This document shows, piece after piece, positions 26,145-36,092 of a DNA stretch of 64,000 nucleotides (within the stretch, counting starts at the first letter, position 1; every line of letters begins with the position of its first letter). The stretch lies in NCBI GenBank assembly GCA_013178275.1, contig JABLWZ010000011.1:89422-153421 (forward strand), read 5' to 3'. The position numbers and the translations under genes are program-made. This DNA comes from Bacillota bacterium. Lineage in GTDB: Bacteria > Bacillota > Ch66 > Ch109. The notes beneath the pieces were generated by a model. It did not search any database. It was given only the letters and a program-made list of their open reading frames with translations, and was not told the DNA's origin.

Positions 26145-26259
26145 AAAACTGATGTTTACACCGGTGGTTATGTTGGCTCTTTTGGTTGCCGTTGTCGGTA
26201 TCAAGCCAGCTAGTTTCTTTTGGTTTTACCAACCCGCTCCCCCTGTGAAGTCTGAATAA
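26128..26259 (+). CDS. agrD: AgrD-like autoinducing-peptide precursor (43 aa, not in ORF track)
   Basis: ATG 26128 lies 9 nt after AAGGAGGTG and overlaps the agrB end. Sequence: MLRIIKKLMFTPVVMLALLVAVVGIKPASFFWFYQPAPPVKSE. It has an amphipathic/hydrophobic leader, an aromatic core and a Pro-containing charged tail. Confidence 0.7.
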   Translation: MLRIIKKLMFTPVVMLALLVAVVGIKPASFFWFYQPAPPVKSE

Positions 26260-26276
26260 AGGACGGGAGATCTCAC

Positions 26277-27047
26277 ATGAAAATAACCGTCTTGATCGCT
26301 GAAGATGATCCGGACATGCGTCATGTGATCAGAAAAGTGGTTGAAGAAATTGAAGATGTAAGAGTCGTTGGCGAGGCCGGAGATGGGCTAGAGGCCATAA
26401 AGTTGATTGAAGAGCTATCACCTCAAGTGGTCTTTGTAGATATCGACCTGCCAGGGAAAAATGGCATTGAACTGGCCCAGGAAATATTCGATATCAAACC
26501 GTGGACCATTATTGTCTTTGCTACAGCTTTCAGCGAATTCAGAGGTGAGGCTTATGATGTCTATGCTTTTGACTACCTCGTCAAGCCCTTTAAAATGAAC
26601 CGGGTTCGGCAGACAATGGAGAGGATCAAACTAATTCTGTCCAGTCAGGCTGCTGGCAGGCCAAGGCCTAACTCAAAAAATCTTAATCATAAAAATGTAA
26701 GCCGGAAACAATTTTTTAGAAGCGATAGCAAACTTATTTATTTGAACCTTGATGACATCATCTATGTCACAAGGGAAGGCCGCAAGTCCACGATCTATTT
26801 TATTGGCGGGCAAATTCAAACCAACAACAAACTCTCTGTTCTTGAAGAGCAATTAGCGGGGTATCCATTTTTTAGAAGCCATAGCGGGTTCATTATAAAT
26901 TTAAATATGGTCAAGGAGCTTATTCCAATCAGCAGAAGCAGCTATGAACTGGTTATGGAAAACACCAAGAAAAGACCTTTGATAACAGTTGAAAAGTTTA
27001 AGGAACTGGAAGAAATGACAAATGTAAAAGTTCCAAAAATTAGCTGA
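26277..27047 (+). CDS. agrA: LytTR-family response regulator (AgrA-like)
   Basis: REC domain residues (AEDDPDM, VFVDIDLPGKNG, KPF). C-terminal LytTR domain (..IIYVTREGRKSTIYF..FFRSHSGFIINLN). Confidence 0.9.
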   Translation: MKITVLIAEDDPDMRHVIRKVVEEIEDVRVVGEAGDGLEAIKLIEELSPQVVFVDIDLPGKNGIELAQEIFDIKPWTIIVFATAFSEFRGEAYDVYAFDYLVKPFKMNRVRQTMERIKLILSSQAAGRPRPNSKNLNHKNVSRKQFFRSDSKLIYLNLDDIIYVTREGRKSTIYFIGGQIQTNNKLSVLEEQLAGYPFFRSHSGFIINLNMVKELIPISRSSYELVMENTKKRPLITVEKFKELEEMTNVKVPKIS

Positions 27048-27161
27048 AGAGTTCTAGGGGGTGAATCAAAATCACTGACTATCCAGGCTGCTGGGAGGAT
27101 AGACCGCGGCCAAGGGCAAAACTTCGATAAAACCTGATTTTTAAGCGATTTGGTACACTTT

Positions 27162-27192
27162 GGCACTGTTTATACGGTGCCTTTTTATTTTT
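27162..27192 (+). terminator. rho-independent terminator after the agrA-like gene
   Basis: GGCAC-tgtttatacg-GTGCC plus TTTTTATTTTT. A second hairpin GAAGGGGTTC-caaat-GAACCCTTC plus TTTGTTTT lies at 27243-27274. Confidence 0.65.
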
Positions 27193-27290
27193 ACCTGGCT
27201 GATGTTCCAATAATCCTAGACGCAAAGTTCCAAAGAGCAATTGAAGGGGTTCCAAATGAACCCTTCTTTGTTTTAATAAATGACAAATCC

Positions 27291-27353
27291 AGACACGATA
27301 TTGCTACTTTTAGACAAAATATATAGACAATCAATTTTAAGCTTGCTACTTTT
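27291..27353 (+). promoter_or_regulatory. 21-nt phased direct repeats (site B), candidate LytTR operator
   Basis: AGACACGATATTGCTACTTTT | AGACAAAATATATAGACAATC. TTGCTACTTTT recurs 42 nt (2 x 21) downstream at 27343. The site is upstream of the gene at 27415. Confidence 0.5.
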
Positions 27354-27414
27354 GGGTTGACTAATAACCTTAAATTGTCCTTTAAAAAGCTGACGTTGAA
27401 AGGAACTATCCGGT

Positions 27415-28623
27415 ATGAATTATTATGACGCCATAGTGATTGGTGGAGGACCGGCGGGCTGTGAGACAGCCCGACTTCTTGCTGAAAAAGGTTATAAGGT
27501 GATGGTAGCCGAGGAGCACCGGAAAATTGGTGAGCCCATCCAGTGCGCGGGGCTCGTTAGTCTTAGAACCTTGCAAGCCGCAACCATATCGGTTGGCATA
27601 ATCATCAACCAGATCAAAGGCGCCTTTATCCACTCTCCTGGCGGCGAAGTACTTTCTATCAGGGACCGAGAAGCATACGCCTTTGTGATCGACCGCACGG
27701 AATTTGACCGCAAGTTGTCGGAAAGGGCTCAATGTGCCGGCGCGGAAATCCTGACCGGGGTCAGGGCCAGTGTAGGCGAGTTTTTGCCCTATGAGGCCAG
27801 CGTAAGGTTAAAAGCTGACGGCGGAGAGACTACAGTCAAAACCCGTTTGCTGATCGGGGCCGATGGGGCCAACTCCCGTGTTGCCCGTCGGATCAATGCT
27901 CCCGGAGCGGAGGACGTGATCCGCATGTACGCAGCCGAAGTGGAATTAGAGTGCCTGGAAAAAGATATGGTTCACATTTTCCTGGGCCGGGAAATCGCAC
28001 CGGGCTGGTTCGGATGGGTCATACCGGTAGACGAAAAGCACGCAAGAGTGGGGATCGGTGTAAGCGGGGGAGACAAGCATCCATTATTTTACTTTAAAAG
28101 GATGATGAATGCCCACTCCGGAGTTTTTAAGGGCATGAATATTGTCCGTGGCACCGGTGGCGTTGTTCCTATCGGTTTGCCTTCCAAAATTTACAGCGAG
28201 AGAACGATGCTAGTGGGGGATGCTGCCTGCCAAACCAAGCCCATATCAGGGGGAGGGCTGTATCTTGGGCTGCTGGGAGCGGGACTCTGCGCCAAAGTGG
28301 CAGCTCAAGCGCTCTCCAAAGGAGATCTATCTTCAGAGTTCCTTTCACAGTACCAGCGGTTATGGGAGAGGGAGATGGGGGACGAAATACAGACGGCCCT
28401 CGCGCACCGGAATATTTTCCTGACTATGTCCGATAAGGAAATGGATGTATTGATTCATTTTTTCAGGCATCCATTATGGCAGAGTATTATATCCAGATAC
28501 GGCGATATCGACTATCCATCGAGGTTGGCAGGTATATTATCATTCGCCGGGCCTTGGGCAGAGAAGTTTTTTCTAGTTGGATGCAGAAAGATATTGCGCT
28601 ACTGCTCGACAGTCCGGGCTTAG
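27415..28623 (+). CDS. geranylgeranyl reductase-family FAD-dependent oxidoreductase
   Basis: YDAIVIGGGPAGC dinucleotide fold, LIGADGANS, LVGDAACQTKPISGGG. Confidence 0.8.
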   Translation: MNYYDAIVIGGGPAGCETARLLAEKGYKVMVAEEHRKIGEPIQCAGLVSLRTLQAATISVGIIINQIKGAFIHSPGGEVLSIRDREAYAFVIDRTEFDRKLSERAQCAGAEILTGVRASVGEFLPYEASVRLKADGGETTVKTRLLIGADGANSRVARRINAPGAEDVIRMYAAEVELECLEKDMVHIFLGREIAPGWFGWVIPVDEKHARVGIGVSGGDKHPLFYFKRMMNAHSGVFKGMNIVRGTGGVVPIGLPSKIYSERTMLVGDAACQTKPISGGGLYLGLLGAGLCAKVAAQALSKGDLSSEFLSQYQRLWEREMGDEIQTALAHRNIFLTMSDKEMDVLIHFFRHPLWQSIISRYGDIDYPSRLAGILSFAGPWAEKFFLVGCRKILRYCSTVRA

Positions 28624-28814
28624 AAAGAAACTATTTTATGGTAAATTTTTGTACATGATTCGTTAGCAGGAATAGGCAATAAAGAATTACCTGAGCCCCT
28701 GAAAGAGAAGCCGCCGGAGCAAGTGCAAATCAACTGTGATGTTCGGAGGTAATAAGAGATAGTTTAAATTATTTAAAATTATCGATTGAGCTTTTGGAAC
28801 AGGGGGTATGAATA

Positions 28815-29531
28815 GTGTCTATGGAATCTGAGGATGCAGCAAATAAAAGTCAAATAAAACCCAAAATTACAGCTCTTTTATGTACCCTTAATGAGGAAAA
28901 AAACCTGCCATATGTATTGCCAAAAATTCCGCCTGATGTGTACGAGGTTTTAATAGTCGACGGTTATTCCAAAGATAATACTGTTCAAGTAATAAAGCAA
29001 CTCCTTCCTAGGGCCCGGATATTACTCCAACCTGGTAAAGGTAAAGGTGACGCGCTCAGATACGGTATCCGAGAAGCAAAAGGCGATATTATTGTTATGC
29101 TGGATGCTGATGGATCAATGGCTCCAGAAGAAATACCACTGTTCGTTGAGCCTCTGTTGGGAGGGTATGATTTTGTAAAGGGATCAAGGTTTCTACCTGG
29201 TGGCGGCACGTCAGATATGTCTAAGCACAGAATTTTTGGGAACTGGGTTTTCACTACACTTACAAATATACTTCATCGCTGTCGCTATACCGATCTCTGT
29301 TATGGATATAATGCCTTCTGGAAGAAAGCTTTTGAAGCGGTGAATTTCAAAGGTAACGGATTCGAAGTGGAGACTGAAATTAACATAAAAATACGTAAAT
29401 TAGGACTGAAAGTTGCTGAGGTACCTAGCTTTGAGGCGGAAAGAATCAATGGTGAAGGGAAGCTGCACAGCCTAAAGGATGGATGGAGAATTTTAACTAC
29501 TATCTTTAAAGAGGTTAGGACATCGGTATAG
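28815..29531 (+). CDS. GT2 glycosyltransferase, DPM1/polyprenyl-phosphate-hexose synthase-like
   Basis: Soluble 238-aa GT-A protein with IVDGYSKDNT, LDADGS (DxD) and FEVETEI motifs. Confidence 0.8.
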   Translation: MSMESEDAANKSQIKPKITALLCTLNEEKNLPYVLPKIPPDVYEVLIVDGYSKDNTVQVIKQLLPRARILLQPGKGKGDALRYGIREAKGDIIVMLDADGSMAPEEIPLFVEPLLGGYDFVKGSRFLPGGGTSDMSKHRIFGNWVFTTLTNILHRCRYTDLCYGYNAFWKKAFEAVNFKGNGFEVETEINIKIRKLGLKVAEVPSFEAERINGEGKLHSLKDGWRILTTIFKEVRTSV

Positions 29532-29572
29532 TTGGCTTTTTAAAACTTGATTATATTACTTTGAGGTAAACG

Positions 29573-30739
29573 ATGCATATCTGTATTGTTGGTTCGTCCA
29601 AAAAATTTTTTAGTGGGATATCTGCTTATACCATTGTCATGGCCAATGCTTTTGCTGAACGTAGGCACAAAGTATCGGTTATACTTTTACGAAATCTTGT
29701 GCCGCTGTTCTTCTATCCTGGACGGGACCGCGTAGGCAAAGGAAAATATATAGTTGATTTTCTTCCCGGTATAAACGTATACAACGGTATGGACTGGAAT
29801 TCGCCGATTTCCTGGTACGGTGCGTACCGTTTTCTAAAAGAGAATAAACCGGACGCCACAATTTTACACTGGTGGACCTCTTCGGTAGCGCATATGCAAT
29901 TGTTGCTGGCACTGGCTAAAAATATGAACGGGGAAAAGAACAAGGTAATACTAGAGATGCATGAGGTCGTAGACACGTTAGAAGAAAAAATTATTCCTTT
30001 ACGCCTTTACTCCAGGGTAGCGGGGAAGGGTTTATTAAAACTATGCGACGCTTACACGGCACATTCAAATGATGCCAGGCAGTCTATTATTAAAGCATAT
30101 AACATACCGCAGGACAAGATTCATGTTGTTCCTCACGGGCCCTATAATGCGTATGGAACCGATGACAGCAAAGATGATGGAAATGAATTGAAATTGAATG
30201 GTTTTACTATACTTCACTTCGGTATGATCCGGCAGTATAAAGGTATATCGCTGTTAATAAAGGCTTTTAATATGTTACCCGAGGAGATTGCAGGCAATTC
30301 TAATTTGATTATTGTTGGCGAGGATTGGGGGGATGATGCGGAACTTTTACCAGCACTTAATGAATCTCCCTATCGCAATAGAATTATTTTTCAACCGGAG
30401 TTTTTACCAGATGAATTGGTACCAAGATATTTTAACGCGGCCGATGTGGTTGTATTACCCTATTTGCGTACCTGTGGCAGCGGGGTTGTCAACATTGCGG
30501 TCGCCCAGGGCAAGTACATAATTACCTCGGAACTCAACACCATGAAAGAGTCTCTCGGGGAGTATAAAGGAGTTGCTTATTTTCCGGTAGGAGATACTAA
30601 TACGCTTCGTAACCGGTTAATTGAGGCATATGATAAATGGCGGTTCGGAGAGATAGAGCATTATCATTATTCAGACACATCCTGGCAGTTTATTGTTCAG
30701 CAATATGAAAAAATCGTTGCAGCAATAAAAAATCAATAA
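29573..30739 (+). CDS. GT4-type (GT-B fold) glycosyltransferase
   Basis: 388 aa. The C-terminal half has the retaining GT-B pattern (..FGMIRQYKGI..LIIVGE..AADVVVLPY..). Confidence 0.75.
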   Translation: MHICIVGSSKKFFSGISAYTIVMANAFAERRHKVSVILLRNLVPLFFYPGRDRVGKGKYIVDFLPGINVYNGMDWNSPISWYGAYRFLKENKPDATILHWWTSSVAHMQLLLALAKNMNGEKNKVILEMHEVVDTLEEKIIPLRLYSRVAGKGLLKLCDAYTAHSNDARQSIIKAYNIPQDKIHVVPHGPYNAYGTDDSKDDGNELKLNGFTILHFGMIRQYKGISLLIKAFNMLPEEIAGNSNLIIVGEDWGDDAELLPALNESPYRNRIIFQPEFLPDELVPRYFNAADVVVLPYLRTCGSGVVNIAVAQGKYIITSELNTMKESLGEYKGVAYFPVGDTNTLRNRLIEAYDKWRFGEIEHYHYSDTSWQFIVQQYEKIVAAIKNQ

Positions 30740-30785
30740 AAATAGTACTCTTTTTATTGTGCTGCTCAATTATGGAGGAACCGTG

Positions 30786-31937
30786 ATGTTTAGTAATAGT
30801 TATGTGCCTAAAATGGCTTCCCGCCTAGTAAGTTATAAAACCCAGTGTTATATTGGCCTCCCGAAGACGAAACCGCTAAGTCTTACGGTAAGTATCACCC
30901 AAAGATGCAACAGCAAATGCAAAACCTGTAACATATGGAAAGACACCGGATCGGGAAAAAAGGCTGAATTGTCACTAGATGAATACGAGGCCATATTTAA
31001 ATCTTTAGGTCAGTCGGTGATATGGTACACCTTAAGCGGAGGAGAGCCATTTCTAAGAAGAGATATTGTAGATATAGCAAAATTAATAAAAAAGTATTCA
31101 AACCCGAAAGTGATAAACATTCCGACCAACGGCATTCTGGGAAATAAAATTATTAATGCCACAGAACAAATTTTGAAGGTTATATCACCGGAAACCATTT
31201 TAATTGTCAATCTTTCGATGGATGGTATCGGGAAAGCACATGATAAAATACGGGGAATACCCGGTAATTTTAAAATTTTGCTCAAAACCTATGCAGACTT
31301 GAAAGAACTTAAAAAGGCTTTTCCTGATTCATTCGAATTGGGTATACACAGTGTTGTTTCCCGCTTTAACGTGGAGTCCGTGCTGGAATTATACAATTAC
31401 GTTAAGGAAAATCTCAAGCCTGATTCTTATATCTGTGAAATCGCTGAAAACCGGGAGGAACTGCTCAATACGGACGATAGTATAACCCCGCCAGTGGATA
31501 TATATGAAGAAACAATCAGACCCTTGCAGCGGGAAATAAGAGAAGGTTTGCTTCGTAATAAAGGAATAACCGGTATAATACAGGCTTTTCGGTTGAAGTA
31601 TTATGATTATGTCATTTCAGAGATGAGGGAAAACCGGAGAATTATACCCTGCTACGCAGGCCAGGTGTCCGCTCAGATTTCACCCTGGGGGGATGTCTGG
31701 CCGTGTTGTATTCTCGCGTATAAATCCGACATGGGCAACCTCCGGGATTATGACTTGGATTTCGGTAAGCTGTGGTATTCACCAAAGGCGGTTAAGGTTA
31801 GAAGACAGGTTTTTAAGGGGGATTGTTATTGTCCTATGGCTAATGTTCATTATACGAATATGGCCTTGACCCCGTCTTCTGTGCTGGGGGTAATGAGCAA
31901 TTACCTTGGTGCCAAATTAGTGAGAGCAGATTTTTAA
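30786..31937 (+). CDS. radical SAM protein with Cys-rich (SPASM-like) C-terminus
   Basis: CNSKCKTCNIW is the CxxxCxxC motif. Later Cys cluster CYAGQ..WPCCIL..CYCP. ATG 30786 lies 7 nt after GGAGG and is preferred to GTG 30759. Confidence 0.8.
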   Translation: MFSNSYVPKMASRLVSYKTQCYIGLPKTKPLSLTVSITQRCNSKCKTCNIWKDTGSGKKAELSLDEYEAIFKSLGQSVIWYTLSGGEPFLRRDIVDIAKLIKKYSNPKVINIPTNGILGNKIINATEQILKVISPETILIVNLSMDGIGKAHDKIRGIPGNFKILLKTYADLKELKKAFPDSFELGIHSVVSRFNVESVLELYNYVKENLKPDSYICEIAENREELLNTDDSITPPVDIYEETIRPLQREIREGLLRNKGITGIIQAFRLKYYDYVISEMRENRRIIPCYAGQVSAQISPWGDVWPCCILAYKSDMGNLRDYDLDFGKLWYSPKAVKVRRQVFKGDCYCPMANVHYTNMALTPSSVLGVMSNYLGAKLVRADF

Positions 31938-31953
31938 ATGAGGGTACAGTTTC

Positions 31954-32943
31954 ATGAATGTTTTGGTTACCGGAGCAACTGGTTTTATTGGCGCCAGGCT
32001 GGTAGAAGAGCTTTTGGACCGTGGTTACGAGGTACGAGTGTTAATAAGAAAGCCAATCGAACAGTACCAAAATATTGCCTGGAGTAAAAAGGTCACCTCC
32101 ATCCCCGGCGATTTAAGGGACCGGGATTCCATTAAAAAGGCCGTCCGGGGAGCCGATGTGGTTGTCCACCTTGCTGCACAACTAGGCTCCTGGCGGGCAA
32201 AGCCGGAAGACTATACTGATGTAAATTACAATGGCACAAGGTTATTGGTTGAAGAGTCAGAAATGGCGGGGGTAAAGCACTTTTTGTATATCAGCACTGC
32301 GGGGGTGTTTGGCACGTTAAAACAAATTCCCGCTGACGAAACCCATCCCTGCAACCCCCGATACCCTTATGAAAAGACCAAGTTTCTGGCGGAACAATAT
32401 ATTGCAAAAAAAATACAAGATGGTTTCCCGGCGACAATTATACGACCGTCCCATATCTATGGCCCAGGTGATTTAAACACGGTACCGCTGCTTAAAATAT
32501 TGCAAAGTGTTCACTTGTTCCCGTTAATAGGTGGAGGCAGATCCTTCTTTCAACCGTTATATATTGACGACCTGCTCAAGGGGCTCATGCTTATTATTAA
32601 TAATCAAAAGACTGTGTGCGGTAAGCTATACGTCCTGGCAGGCAAAGAGTTTATCACTTTCAGAAGTTATATTCAATTATCTTCGAAGTTAATGGGAAAT
32701 AAGGTTTTAACGCCGACTTTTCCATATGTTCTCGCCAGATTTACGGCAGAATTAAATGAAGTATTAGCAAAATTACTAAATATTGAGCCGGTTCTCACGA
32801 GGTTTAGGGTCGATTTCCTGGGCGGGCACCAGTTTTATAGTATAAAACTGGCTCAACATGACTTTGGTTTTAATCCAGAAGTCGGGCTGGAGCAGGGTAT
32901 TGAAAAGGCAATAAACTGGTACCGTTATCGCAAACTGATTTGA
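31954..32943 (+). CDS. NAD-dependent sugar epimerase/dehydratase (extended SDR)
   Basis: VLVTGATGFIG. YxxxK present as YPYEKTK. Confidence 0.9.
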   Translation: MNVLVTGATGFIGARLVEELLDRGYEVRVLIRKPIEQYQNIAWSKKVTSIPGDLRDRDSIKKAVRGADVVVHLAAQLGSWRAKPEDYTDVNYNGTRLLVEESEMAGVKHFLYISTAGVFGTLKQIPADETHPCNPRYPYEKTKFLAEQYIAKKIQDGFPATIIRPSHIYGPGDLNTVPLLKILQSVHLFPLIGGGRSFFQPLYIDDLLKGLMLIINNQKTVCGKLYVLAGKEFITFRSYIQLSSKLMGNKVLTPTFPYVLARFTAELNEVLAKLLNIEPVLTRFRVDFLGGHQFYSIKLAQHDFGFNPEVGLEQGIEKAINWYRYRKLI

Positions 32944-32950
32944 AAATCCA

Positions 32951-34252
32951 GTGAGCTTGAGGATTAGGGAATCAATCATGAGTGCTAAGCAAAAAACAAG
33001 GATCGTCCTCTGGAATATGAACTATATCCTGGATGCCAGGTCGCCCAATATTGGCGACAAGGCGTTGCTGTCTTCTATTATCAATTCTATTAAGGAATCG
33101 AGAAGGGATGTTGAAATCATTGTCTTTTCCAGCGACCCGGATGTGGTTTTGCGGGAATTTGATGTCTGCGGGGTGAAATACAGACCCCTCAATTTAAATA
33201 AAGTCTTTTACGAGCTGTGGCATTGTGACGTGTTCGTGTTTGCCGGCGGTGAGGTTGTGGTTGACCGCGGCTCCGCTTTATACACCCCATTTATGCTTCA
33301 TGCAGCGTTTTTAGTAAAGCTGCTCGGGAAAAAGATAATGGGCTATGGTATCGGTATCGGTGAACAGCACGAGATCTCAGAGTTGGGAAAAATTTTGACC
33401 CGCATGGTTTTTAGAAAAGCCACTGTAAGTGTGCGGGATATTCAATCGAAAGAGTCCCTGCTGGCCATATGCAAACTAAAGGATATCCACTGCACTGCTG
33501 ACCCGGTGATTAATCTGAAACCCGTCTCCCAGGAAGAGATAGAAAGTTACTTGGCAAAGATTGGCGTGGTGAAAAACGATAGGACTTTAGTGGCTATTGT
33601 ACCAAGACAGCTCTTGATGCCATTAAATAAGTTCTCTGACCGCGTCTGTAACATTATCCCCATTAAGTTAAGAGAAAAAGTGAAATTAACGCCTCAAAAT
33701 TTCGATGGCCAGATAACGGCTTTTCAAAAAAACATTGCCAATATCGGCGATTACCTGGTCGATCAATATGATGCCGAATTATTGTTTGTACCCATGTTTA
33801 GCGGCTTCACGTCATATAATGATGACGTCATGTGCAGAGATATCATAAAAAAAATGAAATGGAGTATGAAGGCAAGAGTTATTGACAACAACCTGACCGC
33901 AAGTGCCTATAAGGCCCTGTTCGGCAGGATGGATCTGGTTATAGGCTTTCCCTTGCATTCCATCATCTTCTCTACATCAATGGGCGTACCGGTAATTTCT
34001 TTTTCTTATGAATCTAAGGTTGAACGTTATATGAAAGCATTAAAGTTAGAGAAATATAATTTTAACGTAAAAGATATAAACCAGGAAATCCATTTTGATC
34101 AGGTTATTGATACCATAGAACATTTAATGAATAACCGGGACGATATAAAAAAGCAGTTGATTAACAACATCATGAAGCTTAAAGATCTTGAACGGGAGAA
34201 TATTAGATTATTGTTTCAAAACATTCGCGTGCCGGTTATAGCAAAACCATGA
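32951..34252 (+). CDS. polysaccharide pyruvyl transferase-family protein (tentative)
   Basis: N-terminal ..NIGDKALLSSI.. and overall size resemble the PS_pyruv_trans family. An alternative start exists at ATG 32978. Confidence 0.55.
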   Translation: MSLRIRESIMSAKQKTRIVLWNMNYILDARSPNIGDKALLSSIINSIKESRRDVEIIVFSSDPDVVLREFDVCGVKYRPLNLNKVFYELWHCDVFVFAGGEVVVDRGSALYTPFMLHAAFLVKLLGKKIMGYGIGIGEQHEISELGKILTRMVFRKATVSVRDIQSKESLLAICKLKDIHCTADPVINLKPVSQEEIESYLAKIGVVKNDRTLVAIVPRQLLMPLNKFSDRVCNIIPIKLREKVKLTPQNFDGQITAFQKNIANIGDYLVDQYDAELLFVPMFSGFTSYNDDVMCRDIIKKMKWSMKARVIDNNLTASAYKALFGRMDLVIGFPLHSIIFSTSMGVPVISFSYESKVERYMKALKLEKYNFNVKDINQEIHFDQVIDTIEHLMNNRDDIKKQLINNIMKLKDLERENIRLLFQNIRVPVIAKP

Positions 34253-36039
34253 ACCAAGTGATGAATTTGAGGCTACTAGTATTTTATAAAAAATTCAAGA
34301 GATTGATTATGTTCAAAAAAAGATACACTAAAATATTAGCAATATTATCGTTTTTTATATCATATATATTATATTTGGATTACTTATTATTATTAAAAAA
34401 AGGAATTGGTGTAAATATAGAATTTTTTTGGGTCATAATTATAATTCTAATCATTGCTCTGCTCTATCAGATAATTAATTTTGATGGAACGCGTATCTCG
34501 GAACTTATAGTATTGTTTGAAATCGTTATCATATCCATGGGGTTATTGTTGATGTATGCTATGCCTCATGCTGGTCTATTCAGTCATGACCCTCACTGGG
34601 ATTATTCTGTCGTAAAAGCCATTTCGGAATATGGCTGGCCCCTGCCAAGCGCTGCTCCAATTATTGAGAGAACCCGTAATCTTGCAGAATGGCCCTTGTT
34701 GCATATTTTGACTATCATGTTTTCCAAAATAATTAGAATGGATTCACAGGTTATCGCAAAATACCTTCCCGTCATTATTACATCATTAACAACGATATTT
34801 TTCTACTTGGTTATAAAAAATCTGTATAAAAATGTTGTGGCTGCACTACTGGGGACCCTGGCATTTTGCTCTCTTTTCTGGCATGTATTTTTTCATTCGC
34901 TCTTTATAAGAGAAACGATAGCCTTCATGTTCTTCATTATGATTATTTATATTCTTAGCAAACGTCAAGATTTATCTATAAAGATAACATTTATCCTTAC
35001 TACCATAGCAGTAACATTTTCTCATCATTTAACATGTTTTATATTAATGTTCTTCGCTTTTGTCTTGATTATCGCCAAATACTTACTTCCCAAACTGATC
35101 AATACAAATACTTTTATGAAGTACCGAGAAGATTTTCAGGATAATAAATTAATAAAATCCAGCAATACCAGTTTTTTGTTTATTACTATATGTGTCATAG
35201 CATACTGGGTATATGTCGGCATATTTACATTCAAGGTATTGAATATATTGCAAAACGATTTTCTATATAGTTCATATGGCAGCTACAATTTGAATCATTA
35301 CTTTACTGCGAGTGCGAGAATGATAATTGGTTCTTACGGAAACGTCTTGTTCCTGATATCTGTTTTTATATTTCTGCTGTATTCAATAGTTAAAGGTAAA
35401 CACAATAAAAGTGTCGCCGATATTATCTTCTTGATCTGGGGTGGGCTAATTGTAGCTATAGGCTACATATCGACATATATAATGCCAAGAATAGAATTTT
35501 CAAGATTTATTCTTTTTGGTTATCCATTTTTAATAATAAGCGCTACTGCTGCCATAGTAAAATTTAAAAAGCCGATCAAATATATATATATGATTTTTGT
35601 GGTTTTTCAATTAATTCTAATACCGCCTTATCTGTACAATTACTCTTTGGCTCCAGAGTATGAATATGGAAGATACCGGGAGTATTTTTTACCTCAGGAA
35701 TATATAGCTGTATCCTGGTTTAAAAATAAAGTTCCGTTAAAGAACAAAATCGCTGGTGATTGGACATCATTTGAATTGTTCGGAAGTCAACAGTTTAATG
35801 TCTATCATGATAATGAGGATGCGGTTCAAATCTTTAAAGGCAACCTTGAGAGTCTGGGTTCTTATAACTGGCTTATTTTTCGTAGCGAGGATTTTTACGC
35901 CGCCAGGGTTGGCAAACCAAGAGCTACGAATCCAGTAGTGGTCTCCCAAGAAACCTTTGATAAGTTTAACCAAGATCCGAGAATGGCAAAAGTATATGAC
36001 AACCAAGAAATTATAAACTATAAAATCAATCAACAATAG
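34249..36039 (+). CDS. large polytopic membrane protein with C-terminal soluble domain (possible GT-C-fold transferase or glycan polymerase)
   Basis: 596 aa with more than 10 hydrophobic helices. An early extracytoplasmic loop carries HAGLFSHDPHWDY. The last ~130 aa are hydrophilic. The DNA is very AT-rich. Confidence 0.55.
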   Translation: MNQVMNLRLLVFYKKFKRLIMFKKRYTKILAILSFFISYILYLDYLLLLKKGIGVNIEFFWVIIIILIIALLYQIINFDGTRISELIVLFEIVIISMGLLLMYAMPHAGLFSHDPHWDYSVVKAISEYGWPLPSAAPIIERTRNLAEWPLLHILTIMFSKIIRMDSQVIAKYLPVIITSLTTIFFYLVIKNLYKNVVAALLGTLAFCSLFWHVFFHSLFIRETIAFMFFIMIIYILSKRQDLSIKITFILTTIAVTFSHHLTCFILMFFAFVLIIAKYLLPKLINTNTFMKYREDFQDNKLIKSSNTSFLFITICVIAYWVYVGIFTFKVLNILQNDFLYSSYGSYNLNHYFTASARMIIGSYGNVLFLISVFIFLLYSIVKGKHNKSVADIIFLIWGGLIVAIGYISTYIMPRIEFSRFILFGYPFLIISATAAIVKFKKPIKYIYMIFVVFQLILIPPYLYNYSLAPEYEYGRYREYFLPQEYIAVSWFKNKVPLKNKIAGDWTSFELFGSQQFNVYHDNEDAVQIFKGNLESLGSYNWLIFRSEDFYAARVGKPRATNPVVVSQETFDKFNQDPRMAKVYDNQEIINYKINQQ

Positions 36040-36092
36040 CTGATTTCTTGGTAAAAATCGAAAGTAAAAACTTTTAAAGGGTTGAGTTCATT

